Shown here in pieces: positions 27,115 to 40,410 of a stretch of 64,000 nt of DNA (position 1 is the stretch's first letter; every line of letters begins with the position of its first letter). The position numbers and the translations under genes are program-made. The stretch comes from Eledone cirrhosa (taxonomy: Eukaryota): assembly GCA_964016885.1 (NCBI GenBank), contig OZ024741.1:133238001-133302000 (forward strand), in the 5' to 3' direction. The notes under the pieces are model-generated. The model was given only the letters and a program-made list of their open reading frames with translations. It had not been told where the DNA came from and did not search any database.

Positions 27115-30100
27115 GCCATTTGAGAGAACTGTCACTATGCAAAAAGACAGCAGTGGTTATGTTGGTTTTGTTTATAAGGATGGCAAGATTAAATCTTTGG
27201 TAAAAGATTCTTCAGCTGCAAGAAATGGTCTTCTTACTGAACATCAACTTATTGAAGTCAATGGACAGAATGTTGTTGCTTTAAAGGTTAGATATTTTTA
27301 AATTATCCAATTTTCTGAGTGATTGTAATTTTGTTTATTGAAAAAATTATGCAAGAATTGATTGACAAGTAATGAATAAAATTTATCAAAACTATTATAT
27401 ATGCCATGTGCGACAAAGCTGGCCTTTTGAATTACAGGTGTAGTTCATCTGATGGGCTTCTAAACAATTTCCATCTACCCAATTTCACACACAAGGCATG
27501 GGGCAATCTGAGGCTATGGTAAATGACACTTTCCTAAGATGCCATGCAGTGGGATTGAATCTAGGACCTAATGATTTTGAAGCAAACTTCTTAGCCATTC
27601 AGCCATGCTGCGTTCAAGTATAAAATATTTGCTTCAAATTTTCAAACAAAATGTTATTGGAAGAAGATTTCAACACATTATATAAATGGGGAAAATGATT
27701 GAAAATGGGTTATTTGAATTTTGAAATAACTTTTACAAGTGGTGATATTTTCGAACAGACTCATATTTAATTTTTTCATTCAAATGAATTGTATTATTAC
27801 AATTAAATTCTGTAATTAAGGATGTGTAGGAATTAGCTTGAAGTCAACATGAATTAATCCAATGTATGAAGTATGACATTCTTACTAATCATGTTTGTGG
27901 AAGTAAATCTATTCCACATGCCACTACTATAAGTGAAACCTAAGGATCCATCCACCGCGTGACCCCTGCTGACAGGATGGAGAAAACATTGCCCCAGAAG
28001 ATGGTAAGGGAGACTGCTGGAACAACCACTCCACTTCGTGGGGATTGCACTTGTGGGTAGCCAACTCCACTCCGATAGCAGTGAGCAGGGGTGTGGTCCG
28101 GGGACCAAGAACACCGAAAGTCTCCACTGCCATGTGAATAGCTAATCAAAAACAAAGAACTTATCCATTTAATTATAATAGACCCTGACCATAATTAATT
28201 CCTAACTCATTAGTAAATATAACATTTCAATCATATTCTTTGTATGTATGCATTTTTTATGATAAATGGAATAGATCAATGGTATCGTATAATCCTGTAG
28301 CTCCTAATGGAGTCGTAGGGGTACCGTAGTGATATACAGCATTTCTAGGGCATTTTAAGCCTAGTAGAACCCATCCCTCTCCAGGTCTGAACACAGCAGA
28401 TTTCTCCCATAGAAGGATAGAAAATGAGAAAGAGATATAGAGGAAGAATCAACTCCAGTACTAGACTGATACTTATTTTTATTGATCTGGAAAGGATGAA
28501 AAGCAAAGTTATCCTCAGTGGGATTTGAGCTCAGAGAGCTGGAATGAATACTGCAAAGCATTCTATCTAACATTCTAACAAGTCTGCCAATTTGCCACCT
28601 CAAAGAGATCGATAAATAGTTAGCAAACTTTCTTTATATATTGTAAGTTCCCTATTCTGATGTTTTCTATAATGTTTTCCTGTTCACAGAATTCTTTTTA
28701 TTTTTGTTATATTCTTTCCTTACCATTTGGTAATTGCTCCTGCTTCTGGTTCCCTTATGTCAAATCTTTTAACTTCCAAGCATTCATTGGTGATAGGAAG
28801 GCCATCCAGCTATAGAAAACTTGCAAAGGTTCTAGAAGATTCCTTAGTTGTGTCAAATATATGACAACCTACCTGCTGCTGCTGGTACCACAATAAAATG
28901 CACCCATTACTCTCTGTATAGTGGTTGGTGATAGGAAGGGCATTCAGCTATAGAAAACTTGCCAAAGATTTTAGACTCTTCAGTTGTGTCAAATATGACA
29001 ACCTTCCTAATAATGGTACCACAATAAAATGCACCCAGTACTCTCTGTATAATGGTTGGTGATAGGCAGATGCATGAAGTCATAGAAAACTTGCCAAACA
29101 AAGGGTCAAGACTACTTTTCAATTATGTCAGAGACATGACAACCTCGCTTCTACTGGTGCCATGATAAAATGCATGGAGTAACACTTTGTACTATACAGA
29201 AACATATTTAAGCAAGATGCAGTAGCTCCGATTGAGTACTGATTGGGTCTTCATAATATTGATTTTCATTCTTTCCATGCAGCAAACCTATCCACTGCAT
29301 GCCGGAGATCACCTTCTGCTGGTCTTGATACCACTTCCAACCCGGCTACTCATGTCAATCCTGTTCGTGAATATTATGAACAGGAGAAGTGAAAATACAT
29401 ATGCTTGGCAGAGTTCACCACCTATATTGAATGGTTTCAACTTAGCACTATTTATCCAAACACTAATACTAAGGCATTTGTATGAGGACTTCAAGGCAAC
29501 AAGTTGTCCATTGATCCCATATCCCTGTAGAATCTTCCGCAAGTTCCATGGAACTTGGTTGTCTGCCTTTTTGAGGTCTACAAAATAAGCTTATACCTCT
29601 TGGCAATAATTCCAAAAATTTCTCAAGAACTTGTCGCAGTGTCAACTTTGCTGCATCCAGGGCGAAACCCACACTGTTCATTAGCTAGCTTGAGCTCAAC
29701 AACATCCCTACATACCTTTGCCACACATTTGGCATGGCTATTATGGAGAGACTTAACCCTTTAACATTTAAACTGCCCGTATTCGGCCAGAATTCTCTCC
29801 CCTCTTTCTGTTCAAACCGGCTGTAACTGGCTACTCATACTGATGTTAAAGTATTGTTCTCAAAATAAATATTAAAATCTCATAGATTCGATATTATGTG
29901 AAGCAAAGCCTTTACCATGAAAATACAATAGTAAATATAGAGTAATATGAATGCAAAAGGGTTAACAAAAAGATTCCTCTATAATAATTGCAATCTCTCT
30001 TGTCTCGATAAAAGTGGCAGTTTCACTTATAATTTTAAAAAATTAGTCATTCATTAACACTAGTTGATGTTCTAGTATTGTTTTGGCCTTGGTGGCTAAA

Positions 30101-33100
30101 ATAAAATAAAGAATTATACATAGTTCTTTTATTTAGCCATATTTTCTAGGAAATTTTAACCCTTTTGTGACCATATTTCTAATGAAATGCACTTTATTTC
30201 ATTACAAAGATAGATATTCTTATATAGAATTATGTGAGAATATTTTAATTTAAATAAAAACCCTTTAAAATTACTGGTTTTGTTTCATAGAACCAGAACT
30301 GATTTTGGCTGGGTTAGTATCAAAAGAGTTATATAGGAATCCTTTAAAATGGCTGGTATTGTTTCATAGAACCAGAACTGGTTTTGGCTGGGTTGGTGTC
30401 AAAACTGTTTTTTGTCAAAAATATTTGTCCTATTTTTAAAAAATCTATAATATATCTTTGAGTTTTCTTAAATAGTTTTCTTATATCTTTGAGTTTTCTT
30501 GAATTAGAGAAAGTTTTCTAGCAGATGTTTTTGAGGAAATAGATTCCATTCAAAGGTGTGACTAGTTTCATTTTTATAGTTTATTTTGATAGTTTCTTTA
30601 CATTTTTATCATGAGAAATTTCACAGCCAAGTTTCTGTTTGACTGTTACAAAAATACTACCACACCCAGAAGTAACCTACACATACAAACACTTTTATGA
30701 ATCTTATTTTAACCAGGTAGACTAGAACCAAAAAGGGAAATATGTATAGTTAAACTACTATTGTTGAATAAATTAGGTTTGGTTGTTAACCCATTCCTTA
30801 CCATATTACTGATGAAAGAAACTGCAAATAATTTTGAAAATAATCAATAATTTGGAAGGATTTAGTAAAATAAATAACTCTTATTAAGCTGGTTTGAAAT
30901 ATAATTGAACAAAGGTTCTTACATAAGATTATGATGGAATGTTTTTAGATAAATATAAATATTTTAAAATAAACAGTTTTGTATGTTTGAGCCAAGTGGT
31001 GGTTTGTTATTAATGGGTTAACAATAGATAATGTTGGAATATATACAGTTGTTATGGAATGACTGGCTTGATCATCATCATCATCATCATCACCGTTTTA
31101 CGTCCGTTCTTCCACGCTAGCATGGGTTAGACGGGTTGTCCTGTTGTGGGCAGTGTCTGGTCGGCTGACCATGCCTTGCTCATACAGGAACTGATCTGGC
31201 TTGATTTCTACAGCTGGATGCCCTTCCTAACACCAACCTCATTTACAGTGAGTGCTGGGTGCTTTTTCGTGGCGCCTACACGTCCACTTTACAGTGTGGG
31301 CTGGGTGCTTTTTTGCCGTGGCACCTCCACGACCACCTTGCGGTGGGGGGGGGGGGGGGGGCATATTGTTTATATGCTTCAGCATGTACCCATGGGAGGT
31401 CGGGTACCCTGTATTACTGCGTGACGCCAGAAGTCACGGTCGTGTGTCATTGACTTTGAGAGGTGTAGTTGGGTAAGGTCGGCTTTTATCACCTCATCCC
31501 AAGTCATCTTGGGTCTCCCCACTCCGCGGTTTCCATCAACTTCTAGTGCTCTGCACCTTTTTATGCAGCTGTCATCCTTCATACGTATCACATGTCCATA
31601 CCAGCGTAACCGCCTCTCCTGCACGCAGCATTTGATTCCTCTTATGCTCAGTCTCTCTCTCAATTCATTTATGCTTTGTCGTTCACGTATATTACTGTTA
31701 CACATCCATCGGAGCATGCAGGCTTCGTTTCTCTCTAATCTACGTAGGTCTTCCACCTTCAGCGCCCAGGTCTCACTACTATGCAACATCGCTGTTCGGA
31801 TACACGCATCATACAGTCTGCCTTTCATTCTGAGGGAGAAGCCTTTTGCACATGTCAAACAATCATACGCCACAATATCCAGTCTATGTAGTAGCAATAT
31901 TATTTTTAGTTTTCTCTGTTATTGGACTACATCCAAGCTGGGGCTCTACCTTATATAAAAATTTGAAATATGAGAGTAAAGTGTTTAATTCTTAACAAGA
32001 TACAATCATAATGCTCTTTTATATTTTTCCATACAAGCATGGAAAGTGGACATAAAAACAACTGTGATGATGATGAATAATGTTGTACTAAAGTGGTTTC
32101 ATGCAATACTGAACTGTTAGCCTCCAGTTTATAAATCTAATAATCTCTGCCACAAGCATTTGTAATGTTTCTTTTAGCATTGCGCATTAATCTTTCTTTA
32201 GTCTCACCTGGCTTAAAAATAAATAGCCATTCTATTTTATGACTGGTTCAATAGCAATTAAAAGATTACACATTATTAACCAGTTGTAAAACCTTTTTTA
32301 ACAATGTGTATCAAGGATTTTCAGCATTAAAAAAAAAAAGTTACAATTTTTCTTTTTAATGTAAAATCTGTTTGAAAAGAAAATAATTTGTTTATTTTTA
32401 ACACTTGTTACCCTATTTTCATAGAAGCATATTCTTTTAAATTCTTCTTCTACTTATTCCTGAGAGGACCATGGGGGCCTGAATCCTCAAACGCTCCTTC
32501 CAGTGAGGCCTGTCAGAAGCAACTATCTCCAATTGATCCAGCTGGATCCACAAACGTGACCAGCTGAGCTCATGGATGTTGTTCGATTGTCTTGCTCGGG
32601 GTCTACCCCTGGGTCTCCTGCCAGTTGGTTTTGCCCGTAAGATCTGTCTGGTTCGCTAATAATGTGGTACAGCTGCAAGATCTCACCAGCTTTCAGTAAA
32701 AGACAACATTCATGACATCTTCTGAAGGATGCTTATAATGTCTCATCCACAAATTTCATCAAAAAGACCTCACCCTAGATGCACCATTTGTGGTGAAATA
32801 AACACACAGATCAGTCACTCAAACATAACAATGTTTCAGTTTCAATGCAATAGGAAAGTAAAATTGCCTGCATATATTTTACATAGACATTGAGTATGTG
32901 TATATTGAGTATTGAACTTGTAGAGCACTAGGAAATTTTATCTTTGTGTTAATTTAAGTCTGTATGCATTCAGTTTCAAAGGGTATAACATTTTCTATGT
33001 TCTACATATGTATTGGTTACTGCAAAGCCTCTATATATTATTTCTAAATGACATTTATAGCTTAACATCAAATCCCTATCATATAGTGACTATTTTAGAT

Positions 33101-36100
33101 GGAGTTGCTTCTCTAATTTCATGGTTTTGGACAAAGTTTTCTTGATAACAGTGCCAAACGTGCCTGACTACCCTGAATTTGACACTGGGGTAATGAAATG
33201 TCTCTAAATGTCTATATTAAACATTTCAGCCCATTTGAGTATCATTGTATTGGTTACCATCAAACGAAAGTGTGTAACACAAAAGTATGCGCTATTTTCA
33301 TGTGGCAAGCTCCAACAAAGAACATTCAAGTCAGCATAAAAATGTTATGTTCTTTTAACTGAATTTTTGCTTGTAAATCCACCATAGCCAGAGGATTCCT
33401 GAAAGTATTAATTCTATAGTGTGGAATGATGTGAAATATTTAAAATTTAGGTTTTCCTAAGACTTTCTTAGGGCAAAAATTATATAATTTCATTACAATG
33501 AACTATGACATCTCTAAAAGTAGCCTCGTTTGTTAGACTCGTTTAGAAAGCTACACTTAGCAGAGTAAAATTCAATAAATTATCTTTCAGAAAAGTGTCA
33601 GTTCAATCTCTGTTTTACTGGCTTTGATATGTTATGGCCTATTCATTTTGAATGGTTTTTCAAGATATTTTGTGGATTTTTTGTGCTTTAAATTATCATA
33701 AAATTCTATAGACTCAATCTTTTTAGCTGTAGTCTTTTGCTTGTTCTCGCTAAAGGTCTTATTCAACAGAAAATTTCTTATAAGCAACGATAGGAAAAAC
33801 TTCAAAACATAATAATTTCCTCTGTGTGCACTTTGTATGATTCTTTGGCAGTTAATAATAATGATAATGAAATTGTGTACAGTGCTCAGGTGCACTACAA
33901 CTCATCAAAGGTGCATGTATAGTACATAGAATAATGTACAAATGTCAGGAAAATGAGTTTTCAGGCAGAAGTAATGAATTCATTCATATCCTTGACTCTG
34001 GTTTCTTCAGATTGTTTGTATAGAATGTCAAGAATTGAGCATGTATTGATTCTAGTAGACAGCAGTATATATATTTCATGCATTGTATATATGTTAAAGT
34101 GAAATAATGCTGTGCATAGATATTTCATTTATGTACCATGCTGATAATTACTATCATAGTGAGTGATCTGTTTTAAAACCAAATTTATTGATAAGTACAT
34201 CTGGGTTTAGCCACATAGTTGTTGTTGTGTTTTTGGGGGGTCTTCCTTCTATGACTAGGGTAACAATTATCATTTAGTTTGAAATTTTTTACGTTAGTTG
34301 TTGGATGAAAAACAGAAAATAAATGTGTTTCGGGAAATGAAGGATTTAATGAGATGCTTAGTAAGAGATAATGAAAGTTTGGATAGAGGTGGTTTAGTTC
34401 CAAACTATAAATTAAGAGGAATATTGTTTTAGTTTGACTACTCTTTATATTTAAAATTGTTATAATTGTTTGGTAGATGTTTCCCTCCAAGTTAATTTTG
34501 TGTTAAAGAATGTTAATTCTCAATCATAATTATCTAATTGCAACCAATAGATAGTATCAACAATAGAAATACCAATGGAAACATTGTTTCCTTGGTTCGA
34601 TTGAGTTCCACCCCACTCGGTAAGCGAATAAGGTCTGGGAACTTGTCGATCAATCGAATGCTATGGATTGGAGAGAACTGTCTAGCGCTGGTGCCACAAT
34701 AAAATGCACCCAGTACACTCTGACAAGTGGTAGTGCTGTTGTCACCAAAAATGTATCAATCATACCCTGGTTGGTCTGGAATAGAAACCATGCCAAATAT
34801 GGAATGCAATGAGCAAGAATAGATGTTGCAACCCATCCAACACATGCCAACATGGATAGGGGGCATAAAAATGCTGCTGCTGTATTGTCATCATATGAGC
34901 TTAATTATTTTTTCCAAGGACTTTTTTTGGTCTATCCCATTACACATACTTCACATACCTTCTACCTTTCATATATTGATTACTTCTCATATATCTGAAA
35001 CAAATTCATGATATTTATTTACAGTTTTTTAAAACATTGTATTTGAATTTAGTGATTGAAATATGAATCCGCTTAAATTTGAAGTTATAGATGATCAAAT
35101 TTTCTTTTCCAAAAAATGTTTTCCATTACTATATCTCCTTTTTATAGTCATCAATTTTCATGGTTTTTCTCTTCTTTTACTTCCTTCCAATAAATCCTTT
35201 CACTTTCATCCTTCCTCAGCACACGACTCAACTATCTCATTCTATTTCGCTTTACAGCATTTATTACTTGCTCTATTCTCATCACCCTCTGCAATTCATT
35301 GTTTTGTCTTCCTTTCTCTGAGCACTACATGCTCATAAAGGATAAATTATAGTTTTAATTACACACAGATGCATAATTTTTTTATTTTTACTTTCTTTAT
35401 TTTTTTTGTGCGTGTGCGACTTTTATACAACATTTATAACTGAGATTGTTGTTTAATTACAGGATGCTGACATCGGAGCTATTATTGATGCTGGTGGTCG
35501 AACTATTACAGTTACTGTGATGCCTAGTGTCATCTATGAGCATGTTGTTAAATGGTGAGTTGTAAATATCAGATATTCATTGTATTATAATGTGTCTGTG
35601 ACCCATGTAGAAACAATGTAGTGCTAACTTAATGTTATTCTCTAAAGTAGACATTGAGAAGTGTCTTATATAAAGATATCATCTTCTTGCACATGAGTTG
35701 GTTGCAAGTTACTCTCATTCACCTGACTGAGATCAAAAATCAGTGATCAGTTTCCAGAGCCCACTGCTAAGAGGTCGACAAACTTGGGTCCCATACAAAG
35801 ATATGTCAATGGCTTTCTCCACTTAGATCAGTACAGTTAACTGCTATGGCCATTAAAAGTACTATATAATTGATGATGGTTTCACTAGCTTGTATTGTTG
35901 TACTCACATCATTCAATGAGTTAGTACAACCCATTCATTACTTCATGGGATAATTTTATACTTTTAACCTGTTTATACTATTTGCCACATAATCTTGTCT
36001 GAAGTAGTATTGCAACATCTTTTAATATAGTGTGTTGCCTGACTGCAACCTGTATCTATAATAAATATTGTTTCTACATTTGGCACAAGGCCAACAATTT

Positions 36101-36505
36101 GAAGGGATGAGGAAAGTCGATTAAATTGACCCCAGCATGTTATTGGTGCTTTATTTTATTGACATCATAAGAATGAAAGGAAAAGCTAACTTTGGCAGGA
36201 CTTGAACTCAGGACATAGAAAGTTGTAACTAAATACTGAAAAGTATGTTGTCCGACGCTCTACCAATTGCTGCTAACCCACCACCTTTTATAATATTAAC
36301 AAGAGTATCATTTATTTGCATGAACACTGTTTTCCTTGAAGACATTACTGTAGAAGGGTCACAATTCAATAACTGAAAGCAGTAAAAGAATAGAGAGAGA
36401 GATTATTCTGAACCTTTATTTATGTATTGTTTATTTTGTTTCATCCACAGCATGGGTAACAGTTTGATGAAGAAATTAATGGATCATTCAATTCCAGACC
36501 TGTGA
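23282..36505 (+). CDS. SDCBP: Syntenin-1 (syndecan-binding protein, tandem PDZ adaptor); join(23282..23332,25497..25826,26573..26748,27115..27286,35463..35554,36451..36505), 876 nt, 291 aa
   Basis: Six GT-AG exons splice in frame to [17 protein letters not shown]...[23 protein letters not shown]...[12 protein letters not shown]...[21 protein letters not shown]...[15 protein letters not shown]...[10 protein letters not shown]-terminal LYPSL, two PDZ domains and the C-terminal MDHSIP motif are hallmarks of syntenin. Confidence 0.96.
23370..23734. mobile_element. Tc1/mariner-superfamily MITE
   Basis: TA TSDs (23368-9, 23735-6); ~26-bp imperfect TIRs CCGTATATACTCGAATATAAGCCGAG / CTCGGTTTGTATACGAGTATATACAG. 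Confidence 0.8.
25497..25826 (+). CDS. SDCBP: Syntenin-1 coding exon 2 (N-terminal domain and start of PDZ1)
   Basis: Acceptor ttctaag, 110 open codons (AQQTAS...[11 protein letters not shown]...[10 protein letters not shown]), donor gtaagt at 25827; overlaps ORF 25584..25922. Confidence 0.93.
26573..26748 (+). CDS. SDCBP: Syntenin-1 coding exon 3 (PDZ1)
   Basis: tttccag|GGT...GAC AG|gtgagt; [28 protein letters not shown]; 176 nt. Confidence 0.96.
27115..27286 (+). CDS. SDCBP: Syntenin-1 coding exon 4 (PDZ2)
   Basis: Poly-T tract then ag|G CCA TTT GAG; [18 protein letters not shown]...NGQNVVALK|gttaga; 172 nt. Confidence 0.96.
27930..28140 (-). mobile_element. Second CRE-like LINE 3' fragment
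   Basis: [21 protein letters not shown]...WLFQQ; homologous to 10570-10730. Confidence 0.6.
29757..29961. mobile_element. piggyBac-type MITE
   Basis: TTAA|CCCTTTAACATT...AATGCAAAAGGG|TTAA. Confidence 0.75.
30790..31017. mobile_element. piggyBac-type MITE, second family (related copies ~14125-14284, 18375-18608, 19856-20060, 21590-21818, 30157-30330, 41447-41660)
   Basis: TTAA|CCCATT...AATGGG|TTAA with shared AT-rich internal sequence across copies. Confidence 0.7.
31072..31850 (-). mobile_element. RTE-clade LINE 3' fragment (family 1) in the long syntenin intron
   Basis: ORF 31379..31897 ([20 protein letters not shown]...[10 protein letters not shown]...GRPKMTW), closely similar to 1-600; same 3' module and (CAT)n tail at 31072-31092. 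Confidence 0.88.
35463..35554 (+). CDS. SDCBP: Syntenin-1 coding exon 5 (end of PDZ2)
   Basis: ttacag|GAT GCT GAC...AAA TG|gtgagt; [30 protein letters not shown]; 92 nt; too short for the ORF track. Confidence 0.93.
36451..36505 (+). CDS. SDCBP: Syntenin-1 last coding exon
   Basis: ccacag|C ATG GGT...GAC CTG TGA; (C)[17 protein letters not shown]; phase matches the previous exon. Confidence 0.93.
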
Positions 36506-36817
36506 AGTCTAGTTTCTATATATAACACTTGAATAATCAGATGTCAATGCTTGCATTAACAAACCTCCCTCTTGTGAGACCTACTGTATCTATTCAGTTT
36601 TAGGTGGCACATTATACCATTATACACTGAATGCTTTGTTTGAAGTGTGCTATGAAAAATGGGTGCATGTATGTATAGATGGATGGGTGTGTGTGTGTGT
36701 GTTTCTGATCAAGAATGGCTGTTGTATGTCTCTGATAGCCACTTGTCTTCAACAATATATCAATCGAAAATAATCTAATTACACAATAACACTTAAACAT
36801 TTGAGCTCAATTTGACT

Positions 36818-36823
36818 AATAAA
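36818..36823 (+). terminator. Candidate polyadenylation signal of syntenin (alternatives at 37484 and 37652)
   Basis: AATAAA ~310 nt after the stop, followed ~25 nt later by a long T/GT-rich downstream element. Confidence 0.5.
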
Positions 36824-37298
36824 TCATTTTGGTCAATTAGTTAAGGTTTTTTTTTTTTTTTTTTTTGTTTGTTTTTAATCTAGATTTATCGTGGAGGGTT
36901 TTCTGATTTTCATTATCATTTTCCCCCTGCCATTTAGATTGCTAAAGACTTTTGAGGATTATCTTACAAGATTTGTTTTATTTATTCCTCAACAACATTA
37001 AAAAAATGACTACTTCATCTAATTAATGCAAATAATTATTAGTTCAACTACATGAAACAATTCTTTTTGAAAGGAATTTTAAATTCAATTCTAGATACAA
37101 TATGTTGTCTAGAAATATACATATTTACATAATATCTTATCTATATGCCTCCTTTATATGTATTTCTCTGTATGTGCATATGCATACATATATTAAAAAT
37201 GTATGGAACATGTGTGTTTGTTTACATATGTATATATATATATAAGTATGTATGTGTATATATCATCTTCATCATTTAATGTCCATTTTATGATGATG

Positions 37299-37342
<44 letters not shown>

Positions 37343-37349
37343 GTGTGTG

Positions 37350-37405
<56 letters not shown>

Positions 37406-40112
37406 TACTCATACACAAATATATACATATACATGCAAGTGATCATTTTTTTTTTAAATATATATTTACTCAAAACTATTTTCAATAAATATTTTGTACC
37501 ATCTATGAGTTAGTTGTTGCATTTTACTCTACATAAATAGTTTATCAAGTGTTTGCCTCATAACAAAATGCCAAGTAATTTTGGTAGTAATGCTAAATTT
37601 TATCCTGATATTGTATACAATTCAATGAGACTTTCCTGTATATAAACTTTGAATAAATGTATTATTACCAAATGGGACATGGTTTGAATGTTTTTTTAAT
37701 TTATTACAAATGGTTGTGTACATGTGTGTGCACAAAATTTGCCAGTTTTGGGAAGAAGCAATGGTAGATCAATAATTTAAGGACCTGAATTGCAATAATT
37801 TGGTTATCAAAGAAGTGTCATTTGATACCACAGTTCATGTTGTAAGTACATCACCATCATCAGCATCATAATTTTGTGTCCATTTCCCACACTGGTGTGG
37901 TTTGTTACCATTACGAAACTAGACAGGTTGGATAACCATGTCCTGCTCTTACATTCCATCTTGGCATAGTTTCTGCAGCTATATGCCCTTCCTAATATTA
38001 CATTTTATCATGGCACTGACACTACCAGTTTACAGAGTGTGCTGGGCACATTTTATTTTGGCACCACTTTGGAGTAGCTGGGTACATTTATTGTGGCACC
38101 AACACTACCAACTTAGAGCTTGAACTGGGTGCATTTTATTGTGACATCAACTCTATCTCTTTACAGATAAAAGTTTTCCTTTTTAAGCATGTTTTTTAAT
38201 CTTTTCAATACCAACTTTCTTGAAACTGTTTCTGGTTTTATGATACAGAACGTTCTTATTTCAAAGTATCCATATATAATTTTAAGTCTCCATTAACCAT
38301 TTTATTAATTTATGTTCCAAACACCTGCTTAATGATGGATTCTGATTAAGGCACAAGGCAAACCATTTAGAGGTAGAAGGGGAAATCAATTAAATCGACC
38401 CCAGTGCATTACTGGTACTTTATTTTATTGATTCTGTAAGGATGAAAAGCAAAGCTAACCTTGGTGAGATTTTAACTCAGAACATAAAAGGCCATAACTA
38501 TATGTCTCAAAGTATGTTGTTCGACACTTTACTGATACTGCCAATCCTCACCAGCTTAATAATGGCAGCTATTTCCCTAAATCTTCATGTAGTTTCAAAA
38601 TTAATTGAAGCACATAGGTTGTATATTTCGTTAGCAAGCTATTCACAAAAGAATTGAGTGACAATGTTCATGTTTGAACTTTTTCATTAAGGAATGTTCT
38701 TATTTTTGTTTTTGTACAATTAGAAAATAATTTTTTTTTACTGTTCAGTCAAGGAGAGAAGGTCCATGTCAAACCTTTTCACGGCATCCAAAACTGGAGT
38801 GAGGAAGGGTTTTTTGGGTTTTTTTTAAGATATGCTTTCCTATAGGGTAAACTCTGCTAAAGGCCAGATGGTGATATTAAATCAGATGATACATGAAGCC
38901 TACCACCCAAGTAGGACACAGTGGGATCTGCAGTCAGAATGTGGAACAACTCTTATGACACTAATCTAACATCTCTGCCAATCCACTTCTCTGAGTTGGT
39001 GCTTTATTTTATCAACCCTGACAGGATTTGAACTTGGAGTAGAGAGATAGTCGGAACAAATCCCATAAGGCATTTCCTCTTGTGTTCTAATGATTCTGCC
39101 AATTTACTGCCCATTAATTCTTAACATCCTGTAAGGATTCAATAGAAAATACTTAAAAACAGATTTGCTAATTCAAATATTTAGTGTCTTTCCTGGTGGA
39201 CAGATCATTGTGAAATGTTACAGTATAAGAGCAAATATTTAATGTTATGCAGTCATAATGTTGTTTTGTACTTTTCAATAATATCTTGCTAATATTTCAT
39301 GTGGTTTGTTAATTCAAATGTGAAAATTTGCATTATTAGAATTCCAACCATAGAATTGTCTCATAAAATTTAGCAATGTTTGGTGTCAAGAGAGACATTC
39401 AACCATAGAGTAATGTCTCATAAAATTTAACAATATTTGGCATCAAGAAAGACATCAACCATAGAATAGTCTGAACAAATCCATGCCAGCATAGAAAGGC
39501 TTTACTGAAAAGCTTTCCTAGTCTTACCTGTTGTATGGAATGTCTGTAGTGATAGTTGCTATTAGTTTAATTCTTTTAGTTTAGTATTGAACTCTAAATA
39601 ACTAGTGCAATTGATAGATAGTGTCAGCAATAGAAACATTCCTTGGTCTGATTTGACCAGTTACATCCCACTCAGTAAGCAAATGAGGTCTGGGATCTTG
39701 TCAATCAAACTCCATGTTATTAACTATATTCTAAGCATCTCTGTGTCATTCTAAATGTATCTTTTATATCTTTCAGCTGTTGAAGTTGCTTTACAACACT
39801 GTTTAATTCTTTTTAAATATTAGGTAAAAATTATGTAAAGGCTGTTACCAAAATACATATAAAAATTGAAAGTAAATTTTTAAAAAATATTAAATCAAAA
39901 TAGCTTAAGTGGATAGAAAAAAATAGATCTGTGAAAGAAATGTGAAATTCAGCAGAGTTTGTGCCTGAATAGACTTTTTATGCAACTATGTGGCTGAATT
40001 TATCTTAAGTATTGTCATGTGGTGAAATACAGAAGTTTTTCAACATGATTTTAGTGTGGAAGGGAAAAGACAAAACTAGTTAACAAATTGTACTTATTTT
40101 ATTTACTAGTGT

Positions 40113-40410
40113 CCTCCTATGAAGTACAACATTGTATGAAGCCTGCTAAACCTACATAGGTGTGTGTTGTGAGAACATTTAGGGCTCCTATCATTAAAAC
40201 ACTTCAGGAACCTCCTATGAGATACAACCTCATAGGAGGCTAACTAAACCTGCATTGGTAAGGGCCGTAACATAACAGGGATCCCTATCATTAAAAATCC
40301 TGGGGAATATCCTATGAGATACAATTTCGTAGGAGACCTGCTAAACCTGCATTGGTAAGGGTTTTAACATGATAGTACAGGGACCCTATCATTTAAAATC
40401 CTGGGAAATC
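40113..40410. repeat. ~97-bp tandem repeat, 3 copies, with an internal hairpin
   Basis: TCCTATGA..TACAA...CTAAACCT.CAT.GG...CCTATCATT.AAA repeated; CCTCCTATGAG-atacaac-CTCATAGGAGG stem in copy 2. Confidence 0.8.
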
